Assembly (NCBI GenBank): GCA_903891315.1
Contig: CAITEF010000248.1
Coordinates: 1-50,481 of the forward strand
Source of the DNA: an uncultured Rhodospirillales bacterium
GTDB taxonomy: Bacteria; Pseudomonadota; Alphaproteobacteria; Acetobacterales; Acetobacteraceae
Length of the DNA: 50,481 nucleotides
Direction: 5' to 3'
The notes under the pieces were generated by a model. The model ran no database searches, had not been told where the DNA came from, and saw nothing but the letters and a program-made list of their open reading frames with translations. Positions 35,050 through 43,155 of the stretch are shown in pieces; the first letter of the stretch is position 1, and every line of letters begins with the position of its first letter. The translations under genes and the position numbers were made by a program.

Positions 35050-35807
35050 TGTCGGTGGCTGTTGAAAGACTGATCGTCATCGCCGCCATGTTGCTGTTCT
35101 GGCAATACCTGCCGCTGACCGGCTGGGCTGACCCGTTCTTCATTTCCTCGCCGACGCAGGTGGCCGCCTTGATCTGGCAATGGATCGCAGATGGTGAACT
35201 GCTTGGCCATATCCTGACCACGGCCTCCGAGGCATTTGCCGGATTGCTGATCGGCTCGGTGCTGGGGGCGGGGATCGGGCTGGCGTGCGGATTGAGTGCG
35301 GCGACGCAGAAGGCGTTGTTGCCGTTGATGACAATGGGCAACTCGCTGCCGCGTCTGGCGTTCGCGCCGTTGTTGATCGCCTGGTTCGGCTTCGGGCCGT
35401 CATCGAAGATCGCGCTGTCGGCCTCGGTGGTGTTCTTCTTCATCTTCTTCGGCGTCTATTCCGGCATCCGCTCCGGCAATCAGTTGCTGACCGCGAATGC
35501 GCGGGTGATGGGCGGGCGCGGCCTCGCGCTGCTGTGGCACGTGCATCTGCCGCAGGCGTTCCTCTGGATCGTCGCCTCGCTGCGGCTGGCGGTGGGTTAC
35601 GCGTTCGCGGCGGCGGTGATCGGTGAGTATCTCGGGGCGGATCGCGGTCTTGGCTATCTGATCGTCTACGGTAAGGAGATGCTGGACATGACGCAGGTCT
35701 TCGCCGGGATGGCGGTGGTGATCGCCATTGTCGGCGTGCTCGATGTCGGGCTGCGCCGGGTGGCACAGATGGGCTCGCGCTGGCGTGGTCTGGAGGGACG
35801 GCTGTGA
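35049..35807 (+). CDS. ABC permease, NitT/TauT (SsuC-like) type
   Basis: The ATG at 35049 shares 1 nt with the upstream TGA. It carries TANARVMGGRGLALLWHVHLPQAF. The track start at 35034 is an alternative. Confidence 0.85.
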   Translation: MSVAVERLIVIAAMLLFWQYLPLTGWADPFFISSPTQVAALIWQWIADGELLGHILTTASEAFAGLLIGSVLGAGIGLACGLSAATQKALLPLMTMGNSLPRLAFAPLLIAWFGFGPSSKIALSASVVFFFIFFGVYSGIRSGNQLLTANARVMGGRGLALLWHVHLPQAFLWIVASLRLAVGYAFAAAVIGEYLGADRGLGYLIVYGKEMLDMTQVFAGMAVVIAIVGVLDVGLRRVAQMGSRWRGLEGRL

Positions 35808-37153
35808 GTGTGACATTGGAACTGGTTCGTGCGTGCCGGGCGATGCCTGTCAATGAGACGGCGCTCGCCGAGGCGCGGCGCTGCGTGTTCGATGGGTTGG
35901 CGGTGGCGCTCGCGGCGGCGAATGATCCGGCGATCGCGATTCTGCGTGGCGTCGACGGTCAACAAGGCGCGTGCAGCGTGATTGGCGGCGGCAGGCTCGC
36001 GGAGGCGGATGCGGCGCGGGCGAATGGGATGATGACGGCGCTGCTGCTGTTCGACGACAATTCCGGCCCGATGTGGGGCCACCCGACCGCGCCCTTGATG
36101 CCAGCCGTGTTCGCTGTGGCGGAGCGTGAGGGGTTGAGCCTAGCGCAGGCGCTGCATGCTTTCGTTGTCGGCTACGAGGTCGAGTGCCGCCTGGGTCGCG
36201 TGCTCAACCCGTCGGCCTACGAGGCCGGTTGGCATGCCACCAACACGCAGGGGACCATCGGGGCCGCCATCGCGTGCGCGCTGCTGCTGGGCTTGGACGA
36301 GAAACAGACCTGCATGGCGGTCGGCATCGCCGCCTCTCTCTCGGGCGGGATGCGGCGGAATTTCGGCTCGATGACGATGTCGTTCCATTGCGGCGAGGCG
36401 GCGGCGAACGCGGTGCGCGCGGTGCGGCTGGCGCAGGGTGGGTTTACCGCGCATCCCGATATTTTCGGCTCACCGAATTCCTACGGCGAGGCGCTGTGCC
36501 GGGAATGGCGTGAGGAAGCGTTCGTGGCGATGGTGGGGGAGATTGGCCGCCTGAAGCCGGTGATTGTCGATCCCGGCCCGATCCTCAAGCTCTACCCTTG
36601 CGGTCAGCCGACACTCTACGGCGTCGATTGCGCGCTCGCTCTGATGCACGACCACGGCGTTACGGCGGATGCGATTGCCGAGATGCAATTCCGCGTCAGC
36701 TATTTGCTGCCGCGCACGCTGATCCACACGCGGCCGACCAACGCGCTGCAGGCGAAACCCTCGATGCATTACTGCGTCGCTGCGACGTTCGTGGATGATG
36801 GGCCGAAGCTGTCCTCGTTCACCGATGCGGCGGTGATGCGCCCGGAGATCCGTCGCCTGCTGGAACTCAGCCGTTTCGTCGTGCTGCCGGAATATGAGGA
36901 GCATGTGCCGGGCGTGCGGGAGTTGGCGCTCGAATTGCCGGTTTCGTTGTGGGTACGGTTGAAGGATGGCCGCGAGGCGCAGGTGACGATGCCGTACCAC
37001 AAAGGCATGCCGCAGAACCCGGCGACCGAGGCGGATCAATTGGCGAACTTCGAGATGTGCGCGGGCTGGTCGGGTGAGGCGGTGCTGGCCATGCTCAATC
37101 GCGACGGGGCGCTTATGCCCGATCTGCTGGCGCTGGTGGGAGAACACGCATGA
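35804..37153 (+). CDS. MmgE/PrpD family protein
   Basis: 449 aa with a GTG start overlapping the upstream stop. It is a paralog of 27109-28500 (LLLFDDNSGPMWGHPTAPLMPAVFA, GWHATNTQGTIGAA, RRNFGSMTMSFHCG). Confidence 0.85.
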   Translation: MSVTLELVRACRAMPVNETALAEARRCVFDGLAVALAAANDPAIAILRGVDGQQGACSVIGGGRLAEADAARANGMMTALLLFDDNSGPMWGHPTAPLMPAVFAVAEREGLSLAQALHAFVVGYEVECRLGRVLNPSAYEAGWHATNTQGTIGAAIACALLLGLDEKQTCMAVGIAASLSGGMRRNFGSMTMSFHCGEAAANAVRAVRLAQGGFTAHPDIFGSPNSYGEALCREWREEAFVAMVGEIGRLKPVIVDPGPILKLYPCGQPTLYGVDCALALMHDHGVTADAIAEMQFRVSYLLPRTLIHTRPTNALQAKPSMHYCVAATFVDDGPKLSSFTDAAVMRPEIRRLLELSRFVVLPEYEEHVPGVRELALELPVSLWVRLKDGREAQVTMPYHKGMPQNPATEADQLANFEMCAGWSGEAVLAMLNRDGALMPDLLALVGEHA

Positions 37154-37542
37154 TCGATCCGGCCATTCTGATCGGCACTTGGCAACTCGCCGACACACGC
37201 GCGCATGATGGCGAGGGCCGTCCGATCCGCCCACCCTATGGCGGCAAGGGCCTCGGCGTGATCAGCTTCGACACCACCGGCCGCATGGTCGCCGTGCTGT
37301 GCGAGGGCGGCGAGATCGAGCCGGGGGAGAGCCGCGAATACAGTTCCTATTGCGGCATCTACAGCTTCGACGGCGAGACGCTGATCACCAAGGTCGACGC
37401 CACCGCCGAACCGGCGCGGATGGGATCCGATCAGGTGCGCCGCGTGACAATGGAGGGCGGGCGCATCGTGCTTCACCCGCCCGCTCGGCCCTGGAAGGGG
37501 CTGATGCAGCATCGCCAGTTGGTCTGGGAAAAGATCCGGTAG
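37150..37542 (+). CDS. Lipocalin-like domain protein (PF13924-like)
   Basis: 130 aa. LIGTWQLADTRAHDGEG...GVISFDTTGRMVAVL...YCGIYSFDGETLITKVDA matches the lipocalin-like domain pattern. Confidence 0.6.
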   Translation: MIDPAILIGTWQLADTRAHDGEGRPIRPPYGGKGLGVISFDTTGRMVAVLCEGGEIEPGESREYSSYCGIYSFDGETLITKVDATAEPARMGSDQVRRVTMEGGRIVLHPPARPWKGLMQHRQLVWEKIR

Positions 37543-37550
37543 AGTGTGAT

Positions 37551-37565
37551 GCGCTTGCAATGACG
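37551..37565 (+). repeat. Solo right terminus of the hairpin element
   Basis: Within GCGCTTGCAATGACG (37551-37565), the 14 nt at 37552-37565 (CGCTTGCAATGACG) are identical to the right end of copy 1 (25344-25357). No matching left arm is nearby. Confidence 0.5.
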
Positions 37566-37641
37566 AGTGGGGGCGGACAAGGCTCTGACCAAAATCTGCA
37601 AGCCCAAAATCATCGCGCTCTAGGCGGGTCCTTCCCGGCGG

Positions 37642-38769
37642 TCAGCGCGATGCGGTCGCCCGCACGCGCGTGCCGGTGGTGACTTCGTTGGGCACGTTGA
37701 GGATCACCTTGTCGCCGGCCTTCACGCCGTCGAGGATGTTGATCACCGTGCCGTCGGTTGCACCAATCTTGATCTCGCGGAACTGCACCAACCCATCGCC
37801 GCCCAGCACAGCCACCTGCGACTTGCCGCCGCGTTGGCTGAGGGCGGCGACCGGGATCTGCGGGAAGCTCGGCACCGGCACCGTCACAATGGCATAGGTG
37901 AAGCTGCCGGGAACCAGGAACCCATCATGATTGTCGAGCTCGATTTCAACGAACAGGGTGCGCGTGCGCGGGTCGAGCGTGCCGGCGGTGCGGCTGATCT
38001 TGGCGGGACGACGACGGCTGGCGTCTGACGCATCGACGATCTCCACCGGATCGCCTTCATGAATCAGCGCCACATCGCGCTGCTCGACATAGGCACCGAT
38101 GCGCAGGCGCGAATTGTCGGCAATCTGCACCACCGGCAGCGAGGTGGACTGGTTGGTCGTCGCCGCCTGCATCAGCGCGCCGGGATCGGCGAACCGGGCC
38201 ACGACGGTCCCTGAGAACGGCGCGGTGATCACCTGATAGGAACGCATCGTGTTCAGATTGCGCACGGTTTCCTCGGCGATCCGCAGGCTGGATTCCGTCT
38301 GCTCGGCGGTCTGCTGAGAGGCGGTGCCGCTGCGCAGCAATTCGCGTGACCGATCCGCCAATCGGCGCTTGTATCCAAGGTCGGCGACCGCCCCCTGATA
38401 TTGGCTCTCCAATTCCGGACTCTCGATCTCGGCGATCTTTTGCCCGGCGGTCACGGTCTGGCCCTTGTCGACCTCGACGGCTTTGACGTAGCCGCTCACC
38501 TTGGCGAACAGCATTGCCGACAGATAGGGTTTGGCGTCGCCAAGCAGGGTGATGGTGCGCGTTGTCGGCCCGTTGGCGACCGTGGCCACCAGCACGCGCG
38601 GGCCAAGCGCCGCCTCGCTCTCAATCGCCTTGCGGGAGTCGGCCAGGTTGGAATTGCTGGCGCTGACATAATGATAGGCCCCGCCGCCCGCAGCGAGCAG
38701 CACGACGATACCGAACAGATAGAGCCCAAACTTGCGCTTGGGGGCGGCGGTTTCGATCGGGTCAATCAT
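37642..38769 (-). CDS. RND efflux periplasmic adaptor (MFP)
   Basis: The ATG at 38769 gives MIDPIETAAPKRKFGLYLFGIVVLLAAGGGAYHYV (TM anchor), then a lipoyl/barrel adaptor pattern (AKVSGYVKAVEVDKGQTVTAGQKIAEIESPE...ITAPFSGTVV). Confidence 0.85.
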   Translation of the reverse strand: MIDPIETAAPKRKFGLYLFGIVVLLAAGGGAYHYVSASNSNLADSRKAIESEAALGPRVLVATVANGPTTRTITLLGDAKPYLSAMLFAKVSGYVKAVEVDKGQTVTAGQKIAEIESPELESQYQGAVADLGYKRRLADRSRELLRSGTASQQTAEQTESSLRIAEETVRNLNTMRSYQVITAPFSGTVVARFADPGALMQAATTNQSTSLPVVQIADNSRLRIGAYVEQRDVALIHEGDPVEIVDASDASRRRPAKISRTAGTLDPRTRTLFVEIELDNHDGFLVPGSFTYAIVTVPVPSFPQIPVAALSQRGGKSQVAVLGGDGLVQFREIKIGATDGTVINILDGVKAGDKVILNVPNEVTTGTRVRATASR

Positions 38770-41700
38770 GCGTCGTTCCTTTGACGGCGGCTTCAGCGTG
38801 CGCATCGCCTGACGGCGGGACGCCTGCGCCTTGGGCTCCTGCTGCTTCAGCAGCAAAATTGGCATCGAGCTCGTGCAGCCGCGGCGGCTTGCGGCGCAGC
38901 AGGGTGTAGAACACCGGCACGATGACGAGTGTGGCGATGGTGGCTGCGATCAGCCCGCCGATCACCGCGCGACCGAGCGGGGCGTTCTGCTCACCGGCTT
39001 CACCGGCACCAAGTGCCATCGGGATCATGCCGAGCACCATCGCAAGCGCCGTCATCATGATCGGACGCAGACGGGTCTGGCCGGCGGCAATCACCCCTTC
39101 GAAGGCAGACAATGCGTGGCGGGCGCGGATATCGTTGGCGAAGCTGACCACCAGGATCGAGTTGGACACCGAGATGCCGACCGTCATGATCGTGCCCATC
39201 AAAGATTCCACGTTGATCGTGGTTCCGGTGAGAATGAGCATCCAGATGATGCCGATCAACGCGCCGGGCACTGCCATCATGATGATGAACGGGTCGATCC
39301 AGGATTGGAACAGCACCACCAGCAGCGCGTAGACCAGGATGATCGAGATCACCAAGCCCTGGGCGAGATTGTTGAACGAGGTGTTCATCACGTCCGGCTG
39401 ACCGCGCAGATCAATATGTGTGGCCAAGGACAGGCCGACGGAGACATCGGCAATCGCCTTGCGGATATCGGCACTGACTGAGCCGAGATCCCGCCCGTCC
39501 ACATTTGCCGCCACGTCGATGACGCGCTGCACCGCATAATGGTTGATCGAGGCCATCGAGTTGCGTGGCCGCAGCGCCGCCACGTCGGACATCCGGGTCA
39601 CCGGCGCGTTTGGCATCACCGCGATGGAGTTGATGTTGAATTGGTTGGCCACCGTGGTCGCCTGTGGAACCAGCGGTTGGCTGACCGGGAGATCCATCAG
39701 GCTCTGCACATCCTTCACCGCGTCCATCGGCTGACGGACGGCGACGAAGTAGTTCACGTTGTTGGCCGGGTTGAGGAAGTAGGACGGGGCAACCAGCGAG
39801 CTGGAGGACAGCGAGACCAGCAGATTGTTCGAAATATCGCGCTGGGCAATGCCCAGCTGCGCGGCGCGCAACCGGTCGACATCGATCTGCAAGGTCGGGT
39901 AGTCGAGCAACTGAACGATATGCGCATCCGCCACGCCCGGAATCTTCTGCATCTTGACGAGCAATTGCTGCGCCAATTCGTAGGAGCGGTTGAAGTTCGG
40001 GTCGGCAATCTGCACGTCGATCGGCGCGGAAAGGCCGAAATTCAGCACCTGCGAGACGATATCGGCCGTCTGGAAATAGAACAGCGCGCCGGGGAATGCC
40101 TCGGGCAGGGCGGCGCGCAGGGCGTGGATGTAATCCTGGCTGGGCTTGTGGCCCGGCTTGAGCTGGATGAGGATCTCAGCGTCAGCGCTGGAGATGTTGT
40201 CCGACGGGATCAGCGCCAGATTGTAGGAAAACGGCACGCCGATATTGTCGTTGATCGTCTGAATCTCGGCATCACCAATCACATCGCGGATCTTCTGTTC
40301 CACCGCGAGCACGCGCAGCTCGGTGGACTCAAGCCGTGTGCCGGTCGGGGCGCGGTAATGCAGCTTGATGATGCCCACATCGGCGGTTGGGAAGAAATCG
40401 GTGCCAGCAACGGTTGCCATGAACAGGGTGACGACGAGCAGACCGGCGAAGCTGATCAGCACGAAGCCGCGGGCGCGCAGACAGGAGACGAGTGCGCCGA
40501 CATAAAGCTTCTTCACCCAATCGAAGCCATGCTCGAACTGCCGGATTGCCCAACCTGGCTTGGGATGCGCGCCGTGGGCATGATCGGGCAGCATCATCCG
40601 CGTCATCGTCGGCAGAATGGTGAAGCTCAGTATGTACGAGGCCAGCATCGACAGCACCACGGTGATGCCGAGCGGGATGAACAGGAACCGCGCCGGACCG
40701 GTCAGCAGGAAGACCGGGAAGAAGACGATACAGATGGCAAGTGTCGCCACTGTCAGCGGTGTGACCACCTCGCCGCAGCCATCCAGAATCGCCACGGTGA
40801 GCGATTTGCCCAGGCTTTGGTTGCGGTGAATGTTCTCAATCGTCACCGTTGCATTGTCGACCAGGAGGCCGATGGCGAGTGCCAGCCCGCCCAAGGTCAT
40901 CAGGTTGATCGACTGGCCGGTGGCGAGCAGGCCCGCGATGCCCGCGAAGATCGACAGCGGGATCGAGGCCGAGACGATCACCATGTTTCGCCATGACCCC
41001 AGGAAGACCAGGATCATCAGCGAGACCAGGATTGAGGAGATGATCGCCTCACGCACCACGTTCTCGATGGCCGAACGCACGAAGACCGACTGGTCGAAGC
41101 CAAGCCCGATATCCAGCCCAGCCGGGGACGCGGCCTTGATCTCCGGCAAAGCCGCGCGCAGGGCGTCCACCACCACCAGCGTCGAGGCGTCGGAATGGCG
41201 TAGGATGGTGACATAGCTGGCGCGTTCGCCGTTCACATGCACCATGTTGGTCTGGTTGGCGAAACTGTCGCCGACCTTGGCCACATCGCCCATCGTCACC
41301 ATGATCCCGTTGCGGACCACGAGCGGCAGATTGGCGAATTGGTCCACCGCCGAAGGGCTTGAATTGATGGTGACGTTGTATTCGCGCTCGCCCATGCGCG
41401 CGACACCGGCCGGCACGATCACGTTTGAGGTTTGCAGAGCGGCGACCACGTCGTTCGGCGAGATCCCCTTGGCTGCCATCCGGGTCGGGTCAAGGTCGAT
41501 GATGATCTGGCGCGATTTGCCGCCATAGGGGGCGGTCAGCGCGATGCCGGGGATGGTGTAGAGTTTGAGGCGGATGAAGTTGTTGGTGTAATCGACGATT
41601 TCCTGCTCGGGCATCGTCTTGCTCGACGTCGTCATCTGCACGACGCCGACCGAGGAGGCGTTGAACGGCACCAGGATCGGCGGCGTCATGCCGGGCGGCA

Positions 41701-42061
41701 TCACGCGCAAAGCCTGGTTGTTCACCGCGTTGATCTGCGCCAATGCGCTGCCGATGGAGGCGCCGGGGGAGAAGTAGATCTTGATGATGCCGGTGCCGGC
41801 GATGGATTGGCTCTCGATGCGCTCGATACCGTCCACGCTCTGCGAATAGGAACGTTCGGCGACGAGCACCACGCGGCGCTCCATCTCCTCCGGCGGCAGG
41901 CCGTTATAGTTCCACGCCACCAGCACGACGGGGATGTCGATGATTGGGAAGATGTCGACAATCATCCGTGTCATCGCCATGCCGCCGGACAGCATGATGA
42001 TGAATGCGAGAATGGCCGACGTATACGGGCGCCGCAATGCCTGGCGCACCAAACCCATCAT
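38762..42061 (-). CDS. RND efflux permease (AcrB/HAE-type), 1099 aa
   Basis: N terminus MMGLVRQALRRPYTSAILAFIIMLSGGMAMTRMIVDIFPIIDIPVV. It has a 12-TM-type architecture with two large loops. Confidence 0.9.
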   Translation of the reverse strand: MMGLVRQALRRPYTSAILAFIIMLSGGMAMTRMIVDIFPIIDIPVVLVAWNYNGLPPEEMERRVVLVAERSYSQSVDGIERIESQSIAGTGIIKIYFSPGASIGSALAQINAVNNQALRVMPPGMTPPILVPFNASSVGVVQMTTSSKTMPEQEIVDYTNNFIRLKLYTIPGIALTAPYGGKSRQIIIDLDPTRMAAKGISPNDVVAALQTSNVIVPAGVARMGEREYNVTINSSPSAVDQFANLPLVVRNGIMVTMGDVAKVGDSFANQTNMVHVNGERASYVTILRHSDASTLVVVDALRAALPEIKAASPAGLDIGLGFDQSVFVRSAIENVVREAIISSILVSLMILVFLGSWRNMVIVSASIPLSIFAGIAGLLATGQSINLMTLGGLALAIGLLVDNATVTIENIHRNQSLGKSLTVAILDGCGEVVTPLTVATLAICIVFFPVFLLTGPARFLFIPLGITVVLSMLASYILSFTILPTMTRMMLPDHAHGAHPKPGWAIRQFEHGFDWVKKLYVGALVSCLRARGFVLISFAGLLVVTLFMATVAGTDFFPTADVGIIKLHYRAPTGTRLESTELRVLAVEQKIRDVIGDAEIQTINDNIGVPFSYNLALIPSDNISSADAEILIQLKPGHKPSQDYIHALRAALPEAFPGALFYFQTADIVSQVLNFGLSAPIDVQIADPNFNRSYELAQQLLVKMQKIPGVADAHIVQLLDYPTLQIDVDRLRAAQLGIAQRDISNNLLVSLSSSSLVAPSYFLNPANNVNYFVAVRQPMDAVKDVQSLMDLPVSQPLVPQATTVANQFNINSIAVMPNAPVTRMSDVAALRPRNSMASINHYAVQRVIDVAANVDGRDLGSVSADIRKAIADVSVGLSLATHIDLRGQPDVMNTSFNNLAQGLVISIILVYALLVVLFQSWIDPFIIMMAVPGALIGIIWMLILTGTTINVESLMGTIMTVGISVSNSILVVSFANDIRARHALSAFEGVIAAGQTRLRPIMMTALAMVLGMIPMALGAGEAGEQNAPLGRAVIGGLIAATIATLVIVPVFYTLLRRKPPRLHELDANFAAEAAGAQGAGVPPSGDAHAEAAVKGTTHD

Positions 42062-42294
42062 GGAATGTATTCCCCTGCCATCAGCGACACCAAAGCGGGT
42101 GGCCGCACCTTACAATTCGACACGTATTTGTGGACTGAACGAAACTGACGGGCAACCCATAGATGTTGACATTTTTGTCTCGAAGAGGGGCAATCGCACA
42201 AGAGCCGAGCGGCTCGCCCGCTTGTTTCGCAATGCCTATCTTGCCTCGGCCTCGCCCCAAACCAATCGGTCCGCAGCGCGCTTGACCCTTCGGC

Positions 42295-42323
42295 TTGAAA
42301 AAATACCGACTGGTATGTAGGCT
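42295..42323 (+). promoter_or_regulatory. Candidate promoter TTGAAA-17-TAGGCT with an embedded TetR-type operator ATACCGACTGGTATGTA (42303-42319)
   Basis: Read from the sequence. The same 17-mer (1 mismatch) sits in the same register in a second promoter-like site at 43040-43068. It lies about 20 nt upstream of the tetR start. Confidence 0.5.
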
Positions 42324-42343
42324 TCACGCCGGACCATGCGGCG

Positions 42344-42997
42344 GTGGTCTGGAGAGGTGTTGTGTCCAAGGTTTCAGATACGCGGGAAAAATTGCTGACC
42401 ACGGCGATCGAACTGGTCTGGCAGAGCAACTATGCCAATGTTGGCGTCAATGAAATCTGCGAGCGCTCTGGGGTGACCAAGGGCGGTTTCTATCACTATT
42501 TTGCCTCCAAGGCGGAGCTGTTTCGCGCGGCGTCAGAGCACGCTTGGCAGGGCATGAAGCTTGAGTTGGACGCAATACATTCACCTGAAAACAATGCCTT
42601 GATGAAATTGGAGGGTTATATCGACCTGATCATCCGCAAGCAGGAAATGCATGATCAGGATGAATCCCCGGTTTCGGGATGCCCGTTTTTTACCTCCGGC
42701 GCGCAATGTGACAATGACGAGCCGGTGGTGCGTGAGGTGGCGATTGCCATGAGCGAGCGGGCGCAGATTTATTACACGGCGCTGATCGTCGCTCTGCGGG
42801 ATGAAGATTGCCTGGAGCCAGACATTGAGCCGGAGCAGACGGCCCGCTTGTTTGCGCATTTTGTGCACGGCCTCCTGATGTACGGCCGGGTGATGCGCAG
42901 CTTGGATGTGGTGACGCGCGATTTGCGGATTGGCGTCTACCGCCTCGTCGGACTCAAGCGACCACTTTGGTCTGAGGCCGCCACGTCACCAGTCTGA
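42344..42997 (+). CDS. TetR/AcrR family transcriptional regulator
   Basis: The HTH segment is TREKLLTTAIELVWQSNYANVGVNEICERSGVTKGGFYHYFASK. The start is a GTG at 42344 or the in-frame GTG at 42362. Confidence 0.88.
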   Translation: MVWRGVVSKVSDTREKLLTTAIELVWQSNYANVGVNEICERSGVTKGGFYHYFASKAELFRAASEHAWQGMKLELDAIHSPENNALMKLEGYIDLIIRKQEMHDQDESPVSGCPFFTSGAQCDNDEPVVREVAIAMSERAQIYYTALIVALRDEDCLEPDIEPEQTARLFAHFVHGLLMYGRVMRSLDVVTRDLRIGVYRLVGLKRPLWSEAATSPV

Positions 42998-43039
42998 GGC
43001 GTCCGCAGCGGCTGCCTTTGCAAATTCACGCAAATTTTG

Positions 43040-43068
43040 TTGACGGCATACCGACCGGTATGTATCTC
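43040..43068 (+). promoter_or_regulatory. Candidate promoter TTGACG-17-TATCTC with an embedded operator ATACCGACCGGTATGTA (43048-43064)
   Basis: Read from the sequence. The palindromic core is CATACCG-AC-CGGTATG. It lies upstream of the MFP-RND-OMF operon. Confidence 0.5.
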
Positions 43069-43155
43069 CGTCGGGCAGATTACGCGAATGATTTCGCGGG
43101 GCCGGTTTTGTCGGCCCGACAGCGATTGCGTGTGCGCTTTTCAAGGATGGTTCTC

